Origin: Mycobacterium sp. | GTDB lineage: Bacteria > Actinomycetota > Actinomycetes > Mycobacteriales > Mycobacteriaceae | Length of the DNA stretch: 46,994 nt | Assembly: GCA_003165155.1 (NCBI GenBank) | Contig: PLSK01000251.1 | Span: 1 to 46,994, forward strand | Direction of reading: 5' to 3' | Part shown: positions 35,687 through 44,921 of the stretch, piece after piece | How the letters are laid out: each line of letters begins with the position of its first letter | Numbering within the stretch: the stretch's first letter is position 1 | Translations under genes and position numbers: made by a program | The notes under the pieces: generated by a model | What the model was told of the DNA's origin: nothing | Seen by the model: only the letters and a program-made list of their open reading frames with translations | The model's database searches: none

Positions 35687-36340
35687 TTGAACACGGCCGA
35701 GAACACCCCCAGCGTGGCGCTGGTGGTTTTCGGCGATGGCCAGGTCTCCTCCGCATTGAGTGACCTGCCCGCCCACCGCCCGGACGGTCCGGCCGAAATC
35801 GACTCCGTTATCGGGGATTACGGGCGGCTCGTGGTGATCGGCGCCGACGCGGATCTGGCCGGCGTGCTCAGCCGGTTGTTGCGCGCCGACCGGCTCGACA
35901 TTGAGGTGGCTTACGTGCCGCGCCGGCGCACGGCGGCAACCCGGGTGTACCGGCTTCCGGCCGGGCGTCGAGCCGCGCGGCGCGCCCGGCGTGGCTCTGC
36001 CCGGCGGGTAACCCTGATTCGCGACGAGACCGGGTCGGTGATCGTCGGCCGGGCTCGCTGGCTGCCACCGGATAACCAGCAGCCGTTACGCGGCGAGGCG
36101 GTGGTGGACGACGCCAGCCTGTTCGACGGCGATGTCACCGGCGTGTCCATTGAACCGACGCTGGCCATCCCGGGCCTGCGAGCCTCACTAGACGGAATCT
36201 GGCGCCGGTGGATCGCCGGCCGCGCGGTCCAGCTGGGCAGCACCGGCGTGACCGTGGTGCGTGATGGTGTCCCGGCCCCGCGCCCGGCTCGCCGATCGAC
36301 CTTCTACCGCCATGTCGAGGGCTGGCTGCTGGTCCGGTAG
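35687..36340 (+). CDS. Conserved hypothetical protein (Rv0358-like)
   Basis: TTG start after GAGGAG; RLLRADRLD, LIRDETG, RRSTFYRHVEGWLLVR. Confidence 0.8.
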   Translation: MNTAENTPSVALVVFGDGQVSSALSDLPAHRPDGPAEIDSVIGDYGRLVVIGADADLAGVLSRLLRADRLDIEVAYVPRRRTAATRVYRLPAGRRAARRARRGSARRVTLIRDETGSVIVGRARWLPPDNQQPLRGEAVVDDASLFDGDVTGVSIEPTLAIPGLRASLDGIWRRWIAGRAVQLGSTGVTVVRDGVPAPRPARRSTFYRHVEGWLLVR

Positions 36341-36361
36341 TTTTCCAGCAGTGAGACCCTC

Positions 36362-37135
36362 ATGAGGAACATGCGCGCGCGTGAATCGGTGCGACCCAGC
36401 CCAATCTTTTTCGCCCTGCTCGGGTTGACCGCGGTTGGGGGTGCGCTGGCCTGGCTGGCCGGCGCGACCGTGAGACCGCTGTCCTACGCCGGGGTGTTCA
36501 TTTTCGTCCTCGCCGGCTGGATGGTGTCGCTGTGCCTGCATGAATTCGGGCACGCGGTGACAGCCTGGCGATACGGCGACCATGACGCCGAGGTGCGCGG
36601 GTATCTGACGCTGGATCCGCGACGGTACAGCAATCCCGCACTCTCGCTCCTGCTGCCGATGCTGTTCACCATACTGGGTGGGATCGGCCTGCCGGGTGCC
36701 GCCGTGTATTTGCGGACGTCGTTCATGACGCCCACGCGTCGCACCCTGGTCAGCCTGGCGGGCCCGGCGGCCAACCTGGTGCTGGCGGTGCTGCTGCTGA
36801 CGCTCACCCGGTCGTTCTTCGACATGGACCACTGGGTGCTCTGGGCGGGCGTGGCGTTCCTGGGCTTTCTCCAGATCATGGCGGTGGTGCTGAACCTGCT
36901 GCCGATCCCGGGCCTGGACGGCTACGACGCCCTGGAGCCGCACCTGAGCCCCGAGACACAGCGCGCGGTGGCGCCGGCAAAGCAGTGGGGTGTTTTTGTT
37001 CTGGTGTTTCTGCTCTTCGCGGCTAACCGCTACCTCTTCGGGTTCGTGGACTGGCTTTTCGAGTTCTCCGGCGTGCCCAGTCAGCTGGCGACCTTCGGCA
37101 ACAACTTGACCCGCTTCTGGAGCCAGTGGTTCTAA
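36362..37135 (+). CDS. Site-2 (M50) intramembrane metalloprotease, Rv0359/Rip2-like
   Basis: LHEFGH, GYLTLDP, AGPAAN, NLLPIPGLDG. Confidence 0.93.
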   Translation: MRNMRARESVRPSPIFFALLGLTAVGGALAWLAGATVRPLSYAGVFIFVLAGWMVSLCLHEFGHAVTAWRYGDHDAEVRGYLTLDPRRYSNPALSLLLPMLFTILGGIGLPGAAVYLRTSFMTPTRRTLVSLAGPAANLVLAVLLLTLTRSFFDMDHWVLWAGVAFLGFLQIMAVVLNLLPIPGLDGYDALEPHLSPETQRAVAPAKQWGVFVLVFLLFAANRYLFGFVDWLFEFSGVPSQLATFGNNLTRFWSQWF

Positions 37136-37143
37136 AGCTTGCC

Positions 37144-37167
37144 ATGTATGCATCAACGCGCATATAT
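37144..37167. promoter_or_regulatory. Candidate ArsR/SmtB-type metal-repressor operator
   Basis: Imperfect inverted repeat ATGTATGC-atcaacgc-GCATATAT, AT-rich, directly before a CDF gene. Confidence 0.45.
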
Positions 37168-37168
37168 T

Positions 37169-38068
37169 ATGGGCATGGGCGCCGGTCACAGTCACACCCC
37201 TGCCGAAGCTGATGAATCTCGGATGATTCCCCGCATGATGATCGCCGCGGGGATATTGGCGGCGTTCTTCGTGATCGAGCTGACCACCTCGCTACTGATC
37301 AACTCGATCGCGCTGCTGGCCGACGCGGGGCACATGCTGACCGACGTCGTTGCCGTGTTTATGGGGCTTGGCGCCGTCACACTGGCCCGGCGCGGCAGCT
37401 CGTCACCCGCGCGCACCTACGGCTGGCATCGCGCCGAGGTGTTCACCGCGGTGGCCAACGCGGCGCTGCTCATCGGGGTCGCGGCGTTCATCCTGTACGA
37501 AGCGGTCGAGCGGCTCAGTGCAGCGCCGTCAGTCCCTGGCGCACCGATGATCGTGGTGGCGCTGGCCGGGCTGGCCGCCAACTTCGGGGTGGCGCTGCTG
37601 CTGCGCTCCAACGCGTCGCAGAGCCTCGCCGTCAAGGGCGCCTACATGGAGGTCGTCGCCGACACCGTAGGCAGCGTGGGAGTACTGATCGCCGGCATCG
37701 TCAACGTCACGACGCACTGGCCGTACGCCGACGTGGTGGTCGCCGTGCTGGTCGCGCTGTGGGTGCTGCCGCGGGCCATCTCCCTGGCCCGCGCTGCGCT
37801 GCGAATCCTCTCCGAATCGTCGCCGACTCATATCGACGTGGAGGAACTGCGTTGCGCACTGGGCGCCGTCGACGGCGTGACCGAGGTGCACGACCTCCAT
37901 GTGTGGACGCTGTCGCCCGGCAAGGACATGTGCACCGCACACCTGACCAGCGCCGCCGACTCGGCCAAGGTGTTGTACGAGGCACGCGCGGTGCTCTCCG
38001 CTCGCGGGCTGGACCATGCCACCGTCCAGATCGAATGCCCGGACGGCAAATGCAACGAGGCCTTTTAG
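37169..38068 (+). CDS. Cation diffusion facilitator (Zn/Co/Cd efflux, ZitB/CzcD-like)
   Basis: GAGHSH, ALLADAGHMLTD, TYGWHRAE, AYMEVVAD, HDLHVW, HATVQIE; start may be 37175. Confidence 0.92.
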   Translation: MGMGAGHSHTPAEADESRMIPRMMIAAGILAAFFVIELTTSLLINSIALLADAGHMLTDVVAVFMGLGAVTLARRGSSSPARTYGWHRAEVFTAVANAALLIGVAAFILYEAVERLSAAPSVPGAPMIVVALAGLAANFGVALLLRSNASQSLAVKGAYMEVVADTVGSVGVLIAGIVNVTTHWPYADVVVAVLVALWVLPRAISLARAALRILSESSPTHIDVEELRCALGAVDGVTEVHDLHVWTLSPGKDMCTAHLTSAADSAKVLYEARAVLSARGLDHATVQIECPDGKCNEAF

Positions 38069-38478
38069 AGCCCAAGCGCCGGGCGGGCCCCGGGGTCGCA
38101 ATCGTCGAGTAAATCCAGGCAGCGGAGGAATTCCGGGGTCTCGCCGATGGCGTCAGCGGCCCGGGCCAGCGCCGCCACACACCGCAGGAAGCCAAGGTTG
38201 GGCTCATGTGCGTACGGCACCGGGCCGAAGCCCTTCCAGCCGTTGCGGCGCAGCTGGTCCAGCCCGCGGTGATACCCGGTGCGGGCGTAGGCGTAGGCCG
38301 TGATGGCCTTGTCGTCCGCCAGCGCCTCCTCGGCCAGAGCCGCCCAGGCCAACGACGCCGACGGATGCGCGGCGGCGACGACACCCGGGTTCTCGTTCGC
38401 GAGCAATTCCGCTTCAACATCGCTGTCTGCGGGTAGCAGGATCGGATCAGGTCCCAGGAGATCACCCATCGGTGCCAT
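38065..38478 (-). CDS. DUF3151-family protein (Rv0360c-like)
   Basis: HPSASLAWA, AYAYARTGYHRGLDQLRRNGWKG. Confidence 0.9.
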   Translation of the reverse strand: MAPMGDLLGPDPILLPADSDVEAELLANENPGVVAAAHPSASLAWAALAEEALADDKAITAYAYARTGYHRGLDQLRRNGWKGFGPVPYAHEPNLGFLRCVAALARAADAIGETPEFLRCLDLLDDCDPGARPALGL

Positions 38479-38573
38479 GGCTACATCGTGCCGGACCTCG
38501 GCCGACGCCCCAACCCCGGGCCGGGTCGCTAAGCTCCAACTACCTACTCGATTCCGGGAGAACAGCAACCGTC

Positions 38574-39371
38574 ATGCCCAATGCGCCCGAGCCCGACCAC
38601 GGCGACACGCCCGACGACGGGGTCACCGAGGAGTACCCCCTGGTGCCTAACGACACCGAGACCGAGACCGTGGTGATCAGTAAGAACGAGCCGGACGACG
38701 ATCCCGCGGCCGATCTGGAGGATCCGCAGCTCGAACGTCGCTTCACCGCACCAGGTTTCGACGCGAAAGAGACGACCATCATCGCCACCACCCCGGAACC
38801 CGCCACGGAAGTCTTCGCGCCGCTCCCCGGGCCGGGTGGGCCGCAGGCGCAAATAGGGGCGGCGTCAAAAAACGCTGCACCACAATCAATCCGGCCCCGC
38901 GAAGAGGGAAGGCTGCGGAGCGCGAAGCAATCCAAGTGGGGCTGGGTGTTAGCGATTGTGGTGATCGTTTTGGCGGTGACCGCGATCGCGATCTTGCTCA
39001 CCGTGTTGTTGACGCGGAGTAGGAACGCGAAAGTCTCGCAGGAAGACCAGGTACGGCGCACGATCCAGAATTTCGACGCCGCGGTGCAGCGGGGCGATCT
39101 CGCCGCACTGCGCGGCATGACGTGCGGCACCAGCCGCGACGGGTATGTGGACTACGACGAGCACGCGTGGGAGGAAACCTATCAGCGGGTTTCAGCGGCC
39201 AAGCAATACCCGGTGATCGCGAACATCGACCAGGTCGTCGTCAACGGACAACACGCCGAGGCCAACGTCACCACATTCATGGCCAACGACCCGCAGGTGC
39301 GCTCGACGCGCAGCCTCGACCTGCAGTACCGCGACGACCAGTGGAAGATCTGCCAGTCCTCCAGCGGCTAG
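38574..39371 (+). CDS. Single-pass membrane protein, Rv0361-like
   Basis: Acidic disordered N-terminus, one TM (WGWVLAIVVIV), extracellular domain with two Cys. Confidence 0.82.
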   Translation: MPNAPEPDHGDTPDDGVTEEYPLVPNDTETETVVISKNEPDDDPAADLEDPQLERRFTAPGFDAKETTIIATTPEPATEVFAPLPGPGGPQAQIGAASKNAAPQSIRPREEGRLRSAKQSKWGWVLAIVVIVLAVTAIAILLTVLLTRSRNAKVSQEDQVRRTIQNFDAAVQRGDLAALRGMTCGTSRDGYVDYDEHAWEETYQRVSAAKQYPVIANIDQVVVNGQHAEANVTTFMANDPQVRSTRSLDLQYRDDQWKICQSSSG

Positions 39372-39395
39372 CGCCCGGCCTGGTGTGAGGGGAAG

Positions 39396-40427
39396 TTAAG
39401 TGACTGACTTACCGGCGCAGTGCAGGTCGTTGCAGGCCTCCACGACTCGCTCCGTCATGCTGGCTTCGGCCTTTTTCATATAGGTGCGCGGGTCGTAGAC
39501 CTTCTTGCTGCCCACTTCGCCGTCAACCTTGAGGACGCCGTCGTAATTCGTGAACATGTGGCCGGCGATCGGGCGGGTGAATGCGTACTGGGCGTCGGTG
39601 TCGACGTTCATCTTCACCACGCCGTAGCGTAGCGCCTCCTCGATCTCCGACTTCAGCGAACCCGACCCGCCGTGGAACACGAAGTCGAACGGCTTGGCGT
39701 CGGCAGCGAGTCCGAGCTTGGCCGCCGCGACCTTCTGACCCTGATCGAGAATGTCCGGACGTAGCTTGACGTTGCCGGGCTTGTAGACGCCGTGCACGTT
39801 GCCGAACGTCGCGGCCAGCAGGTACTTGCCGTGTTCACCGTGCCCCAGTGCCTCGACGGTCTCCTCGAAGTCCTCCGGGCTGGTGTAGAGCTTCTCGTTG
39901 ATCTCGGCCTCGACGCCGTCCTCTTCGCCGCCGACGACGCCGATCTCGATCTCCAGGATGATCTTGGCGGCCGCCGCCGCCTTGAGCAGCTCCTGGGCGA
40001 TCGCGAGGTTCTCGTGCATCGGAACTGCGGAGCCGTCCCACATGTGTGACTGGAACAGCGGGTTCTTGCCGGCGGCCACCCGTTCGGCCGAGATCGCCAG
40101 CAGCGGACGCACGTAGGTGTCGAGTTTGTCCTTGGGGCAATGGTCGGTGTGCAGCGCGACGTTGATCGGGTACCGGGCCGCAATGCTGCCGGTGAACTTG
40201 GCCAGCGCCACCGCGCCGGCCACCATGTCCTTGACCCCAAGGCCGGAGGCGAACTCCGCGCCACCGGTGGAGAATTGAATGATGCCGTCACTTCCCGCGT
40301 CGGCGAAGCCTTTGATGGCGGCGTTGACGGTCTCCGAAGAGGTGCAGTTGATGGCCGGGAATGCGTACGAGTTCTCCTTGGCGCGTCCGAGCATCTCGGC
40401 GTAGACCTCGGGAGTTGCGATCGGCAT
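39396..40427 (-). CDS. fba: Class II fructose-bisphosphate aldolase
   Basis: MPIATPEVY, LHTDH, HMWDGS, FGNVHG, FHGGSG, KMNVDT. Confidence 0.98.
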   Translation of the reverse strand: MPIATPEVYAEMLGRAKENSYAFPAINCTSSETVNAAIKGFADAGSDGIIQFSTGGAEFASGLGVKDMVAGAVALAKFTGSIAARYPINVALHTDHCPKDKLDTYVRPLLAISAERVAAGKNPLFQSHMWDGSAVPMHENLAIAQELLKAAAAAKIILEIEIGVVGGEEDGVEAEINEKLYTSPEDFEETVEALGHGEHGKYLLAATFGNVHGVYKPGNVKLRPDILDQGQKVAAAKLGLAADAKPFDFVFHGGSGSLKSEIEEALRYGVVKMNVDTDAQYAFTRPIAGHMFTNYDGVLKVDGEVGSKKVYDPRTYMKKAEASMTERVVEACNDLHCAGKSVT

Positions 40428-40519
40428 GAAACTTCCTCCTCCAAAGACTGGGTCCAATCAGTATCGCAAGATCCCGTTGAATGTGGGCAGCCAGGACGGG
40501 GCCGGTATGTTGTGAGATC

Positions 40520-41206
40520 GTGAGCACCGCCGTGATGGCCTCGGGGAACATCCTCGACCCGATGTTCTGGCTCGGCGGCGACGGCCCGTTCGGGTCGGCG
40601 GTCCTGCCGACGATCCTCGTCATCGTCTTCGTCGAGACCGGGCTGCTGTTCCCGCTGCTGCCAGGCGAGTCGCTGCTGTTCACCGGCGGGTTGCTGGCCG
40701 CCCATGGCAATCCCAACATCTGGGTGCTGGCCCCTGCCGTCGCGGTGGTGGCCATCCTCGGCGACCAGACCGGCTACTTCATCGGGCGCCGGATCGGGCC
40801 GGCGCTGTTCAAGAAGGAGGACTCGCGCTTCTTCAAGCAGCACCACGTGACCGACTCGCATGCCTTCTTCGAGAAATACGGGCCGCCGGCCATCATCCTG
40901 GCTCGGTTCATGCCGTTCGTGCGCACGTTCACGCCGGTGGTCGCCGGGGTGTCGTACATGCGCTATCCGGTGTTTCTGGGATTCGACATTGTCGGCGGCG
41001 TCCTATGGGGTGGCGGTGTGACGGTTGCCGGCTATTTCCTGGGCAACGTACCGTTCGTCCACCAGAATCTGGAAAAGATCGTCCTGGTCATCCTGTTTGT
41101 GTCGATGTTGCCGGCGTTCATCGCGGCCGGGCGTGGCTACCTGGCCCGTCGCAGGAGCACTTCAGGAGACTTCCGTCCTGCGGTACTGGACGAAACCGTC
41201 GAATAA
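40520..41206 (+). CDS. DedA/VTT-family membrane protein (Rv0364-like)
   Basis: FVETGLLFPLLPGESLLF, GDQTGY, ARFMPFVRTF. Confidence 0.92.
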   Translation: MSTAVMASGNILDPMFWLGGDGPFGSAVLPTILVIVFVETGLLFPLLPGESLLFTGGLLAAHGNPNIWVLAPAVAVVAILGDQTGYFIGRRIGPALFKKEDSRFFKQHHVTDSHAFFEKYGPPAIILARFMPFVRTFTPVVAGVSYMRYPVFLGFDIVGGVLWGGGVTVAGYFLGNVPFVHQNLEKIVLVILFVSMLPAFIAAGRGYLARRRSTSGDFRPAVLDETVE

Positions 41207-43123
41207 TTCCGGTCTGTCGACCGAACTCTTCTGCACCGCGTCGGCCGGCGCGGTACCGAGCAGAATGCGCTTGATCGGGATCTCCAGCCGCTTGCCGGTC
41301 AAGGTTCGCGGGATGCCGGGAACTACCAGGATGTCGTCCGGCACGTGTCTCGGGGAGGCCCCGTTGCGGATTGCCGTGACGATCCTCGAACGCAGTTCCT
41401 CGTCCAGTTCAACACCGTCTTCCAGATCCACGAACAGCGGCATCCAGTAGCCGCCGTCGTCCTGCTCGATGCCGACCACCACACAGTCGCGCACCTCGGG
41501 CATGCGCTCCACCGGGCCGTAGATGTCGGCGCTGCCCATCCGGACACCCAGCCGGTTCAGGGTGGCATCTGAACGGCCGTGCACCACAACGGATCCCCGG
41601 TCGCTGATGGTGAGCCAGTCACCGTGGCACCAGACACCCGGATACTTGTCGAAGTAGGCGGCGCGATAGCGGCTGCCGTCGGCGTCGTTCCAGAAGGACA
41701 CCGGCATCGACGGCATGGGCTTGGTCAGGACCAGTTCGCCCTCTTCCCCGATGATCGGGGTCCCCGGGCCGGCCCAGGCCTCGATGGCCGCGCCCAGGCA
41801 GATGCAGTTCAGTTCGCCGGCGACCACCGGCACAATCGGACTTCCGCCGATGAAGGCCGTGCAGACGTCGGTGCCACCGGACATCGAGATCACCGGAACC
41901 CGCCGTCCCAGCCCCTCCTGCACCCAGCCGAATGCGGACGCCGGCAGCGGTGAACCGGTCGACCCCACCGTTCGCAGCCCATCGAGCGAATACGACTTGC
42001 CTGGTGCCAGACCCTGTTTGGCGCAGCCCAGCAGGTAGCCGGCCCCGGCGCCGAACACCGTGACCCCGGCGTCGGCGGCCACCCGCCACAGGCCGTCCGT
42101 CGTCGGGTAGGTCGGGCTGCCGTCGTAGAGCACGATGGTGGTGTCGACCAGCAGCCCGGACACCAGCAGGTTCCACATCATCCAACTGGTGGACGAGTAC
42201 CACAGGAAATGCTCGCCGGGATGCAGGTCCAGTTGCAGGCCCAGGTATTTCAGGTGCTCCAGCAGCGCACCGCCATGACCGTGCACGATGCCTTTTGGCT
42301 TGCCGGTGGTTCCCGACGAGAACATCACCCAGAGCGGGTGCGCGAACGGGACCGGCAGGATCTCCAGCGGGGCGTCCGCTCCGACTGCCGCCGACCATGG
42401 AACCCATTGATCGCTGGAGTCCTCTAGGTCTAGTCCAAGGCGGGGCACCACCACGGTGGCCCGCAGCGTCGGCATCGCCGCCCGGATCGTGGTCAGCTCC
42501 GGTCGCCGGTCGATGCGCTTGCCGGCGTACAGGGAGCCGTCGGTGGCGACTAGGACTTTCGGCTCCACCTGGCCCAGCCTGGCTATCACGCCGTCGACGG
42601 ACACGTCCTGGTTGCACACCGCCCAGATCGCGCCCACGCTCGCCGCGGCCAGCGCGGCGACCACGGCCTCGCCGACGTTGGGCAGATACCCGACGACACC
42701 GTCGCCGGGCTTCACCCCGAGACCCCGCAGGTAGGCCGCGAACGCGGCGGTCTCGCGCTGCAGTCGGGCCCACGACCACTCGGTCGAGCCGTCCTCGCCG
42801 GCGACGATCATCGCGGGGCGTTCGTCTGTGGCGTGCCGAAATATCTCGGTGGCGTAATTGATTGTGGCGCCGGGGAACCACTCGGCGCCCGGCATGGTCG
42901 AGTTGGCCAGCACCGCGGTCGGTGGGCTGGCCGCCTGGATGTCGTAGTACTCCCAGACGGCGTCCCAGAACCATTCGATGTCATCCACCGACTTCGCCCA
43001 CAGCTCTTGGTAATTGGCGTAATGACCGCGTCCGGTCTCGGCCAGCCAGGCCATGAAGTGGGTGAGGTTCGCCGCGGCCAGACTCGCCTCGTCGGGGTGC
43101 CAGCCGCCGTCGAGTTCACTCAT
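41162..43123 (-). CDS. Acetoacetate--CoA ligase-like acyl-CoA synthetase
   Basis: NYQELWAKS, WFPGATINY, FSSGTTGKPKGIVHG, SGGTD, HGDW, GRSDATLN, TLTGKRLE. Confidence 0.9.
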   Translation of the reverse strand: MSELDGGWHPDEASLAAANLTHFMAWLAETGRGHYANYQELWAKSVDDIEWFWDAVWEYYDIQAASPPTAVLANSTMPGAEWFPGATINYATEIFRHATDERPAMIVAGEDGSTEWSWARLQRETAAFAAYLRGLGVKPGDGVVGYLPNVGEAVVAALAAASVGAIWAVCNQDVSVDGVIARLGQVEPKVLVATDGSLYAGKRIDRRPELTTIRAAMPTLRATVVVPRLGLDLEDSSDQWVPWSAAVGADAPLEILPVPFAHPLWVMFSSGTTGKPKGIVHGHGGALLEHLKYLGLQLDLHPGEHFLWYSSTSWMMWNLLVSGLLVDTTIVLYDGSPTYPTTDGLWRVAADAGVTVFGAGAGYLLGCAKQGLAPGKSYSLDGLRTVGSTGSPLPASAFGWVQEGLGRRVPVISMSGGTDVCTAFIGGSPIVPVVAGELNCICLGAAIEAWAGPGTPIIGEEGELVLTKPMPSMPVSFWNDADGSRYRAAYFDKYPGVWCHGDWLTISDRGSVVVHGRSDATLNRLGVRMGSADIYGPVERMPEVRDCVVVGIEQDDGGYWMPLFVDLEDGVELDEELRSRIVTAIRNGASPRHVPDDILVVPGIPRTLTGKRLEIPIKRILLGTAPADAVQKSSVDRPELFDGFVQYRRTEVS

Positions 43124-44232
43124 GACTTGCTCACGGCGGTGACGTTACAGGCGGCCTCCATCAGCATCCACCCCGAAACCTGTACCGAAAGGTCCCGCTC
43201 GGCGATCTCGGAAGCGTCCACCGCACCTTCGACGAACTGCGCCCCCTGACCACCCTCCCTGGGGAGCTCAGCCGCGCGATCCCAAAACGCCCCGAATAGC
43301 GGCAATCCGTCGACCGTCTGACGGTTGTCCCACGCCGATTGCGCCGAGGACAACACCACCGCGCGGGCCGTGTCGCGGGCCGCGACGTCCGGAGCCGAGT
43401 CACCGGGGAGCGCTGTGGCGACCAATGCAAGGTAGCGGGCGGTAACGCCCGCGAAGAGTCCGCCGTCCCCGCCGCCCGCGCCACTCAGCACCCCCGCCGG
43501 CGCCATCTGCTCGCTGACGGCCGCGACCAGGCGGTGCACCCGGGCGGGGTGCCGGTCGTCGCTGGTGCGCGCCGCAAGCTCCGTTTCCAGCCCCAACACC
43601 ACGCCCTGGCAGTAGGTGTACTGCGCGCGGACCAGGGAGCCGCCCTTGATGCCGTCGAACACCAGGTGCGTCTCCGGGTCGATCAGAGTGCTGTCGATCC
43701 AGTCGGCCATCTGCTGGGCCCGCCGTAGCCGGTCGCCGTAGCGGGCCAGGAAGAGTCCCACCGGGCCGTTGGCCGGGGCGTTGAAGAACTGGTCCTGCTT
43801 GCGCCACGGGATGCCGCCGCCGTCCTCGGGCACCCACGCTTTGACGAACTGGTCGGTGAGCTTGGGCAGCGCGCGCTTGCGCTCGACACCGGCCAGTCGC
43901 GCGGCACGTTCCAGGGCCAGCGCCAGCCACGCCATGTCGTCGTAATAGCTGTTGATCCACGATCCGTTGTTGCGCAGCCGGTGTGAGCGGACCTGCCGGT
44001 TGATCTTGATGCGGCGTTCTGGCTGCGGGTCCCGCACTTGGGCGTCGACCAGGCAATCCAGCAGGTGCGCCTGCCACCAGTAGTGCCAGGTGCCGAACAG
44101 CCGGTCGCGCCGCTCCGATGGCCAGGCCACCACTCCGAGCTGAGTTCCGGGCAGTGCCCATAGCCGTTTCAGGTGTCGTTGCTCAACAGCGGCTTCGGCG
44201 CTGGCCGCCCGGTTCGCCCATAGCTGATCCAT
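43120..44232 (-). CDS. lamH: GH76 alpha-1,6-mannanase (Rv0365c/LamH-like)
   Basis: WHYWWQAH, YYDDMAW (catalytic DD), GGGIPW, NAPANG, YTYCQG, GGDGGLF. Confidence 0.85.
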   Translation of the reverse strand: MDQLWANRAASAEAAVEQRHLKRLWALPGTQLGVVAWPSERRDRLFGTWHYWWQAHLLDCLVDAQVRDPQPERRIKINRQVRSHRLRNNGSWINSYYDDMAWLALALERAARLAGVERKRALPKLTDQFVKAWVPEDGGGIPWRKQDQFFNAPANGPVGLFLARYGDRLRRAQQMADWIDSTLIDPETHLVFDGIKGGSLVRAQYTYCQGVVLGLETELAARTSDDRHPARVHRLVAAVSEQMAPAGVLSGAGGGDGGLFAGVTARYLALVATALPGDSAPDVAARDTARAVVLSSAQSAWDNRQTVDGLPLFGAFWDRAAELPREGGQGAQFVEGAVDASEIAERDLSVQVSGWMLMEAACNVTAVSKS

Positions 44233-44276
44233 GCCTGCAGATCCTGCCATCGTTGGCCCGTCGGCCGCTGAAGCGG

Positions 44277-44921
44277 TCACCAGGCGCGGGTCAGGTCCCC
44301 GTGCTGCCTGATCCAGGCGTGCATCGCGATGCCGGCGGCAACGCCGGCGTTGATGCTGCGCGTCGAACCGAACTGGGCGATCGACACCGTGATGGCCGCG
44401 CCCAACCGGGTGTCGTCGGTGATGCCGGGACCTTCCTGACCAAACACCAATAGACATTCGTGCGGCAGCGCGGTCTCTTCGAGCCGTGCGGCCCCCGGCA
44501 CGTTGTCCACCGCGACCACGCTCAGACCGGTCGCCACCGCGAAGTCCAGCAATTCGGCGGTGCTGTCGTGATGACACAACCGCTGATAGCGGTCGGTCAC
44601 CATGGCGCCGCGGCGATTCCAGCGTCGGCGCCCGACGATGTGCACGGTGTCCACGGCGAATGCGTTGGCGGTGCGCACCACCGAACCGATGTTGGCGTCG
44701 TGGCCGAAGTTTTCGATCGCGATGTGCAGCGGGTGCCGTCGGGTATCGATATCGGCGATGATCGCCTCGCGCGTCCAATAGCGGTAAGCGTCGACGACAT
44801 TGCGAGTATCGCCGTCGCGCACCAGGACTGGGTCGTAACGCGGGTCGTCGGGGACATCTCCCGGCCATGGCCCGACGCCGGTGGCGGGTGCTGCCCACTC
44901 GGTGGGGCCTGGCTCGCTCAC
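44277..44921 (-). CDS. TrmH/SpoU RNA methyltransferase (Rv0380c-like)
   Basis: NIGSVVRTANAF, FGQEGPG, RSINAGVA SPOUT motifs. Confidence 0.92.
   Translation of the reverse strand: MSEPGPTEWAAPATGVGPWPGDVPDDPRYDPVLVRDGDTRNVVDAYRYWTREAIIADIDTRRHPLHIAIENFGHDANIGSVVRTANAFAVDTVHIVGRRRWNRRGAMVTDRYQRLCHHDSTAELLDFAVATGLSVVAVDNVPGAARLEETALPHECLLVFGQEGPGITDDTRLGAAITVSIAQFGSTRSINAGVAAGIAMHAWIRQHGDLTRAW

Noticed and set aside
41619-42974. 451-aa alternative-frame ORF within the ligase
   Set aside because: A typical high-GC shadow ORF with no motifs. The same applies to 43120-44898 beyond 44232, 35009-35686, 26057-26404, 45821-46915 beyond 46360, and antisense ORFs such as 8552-9418 and 24328-25374.
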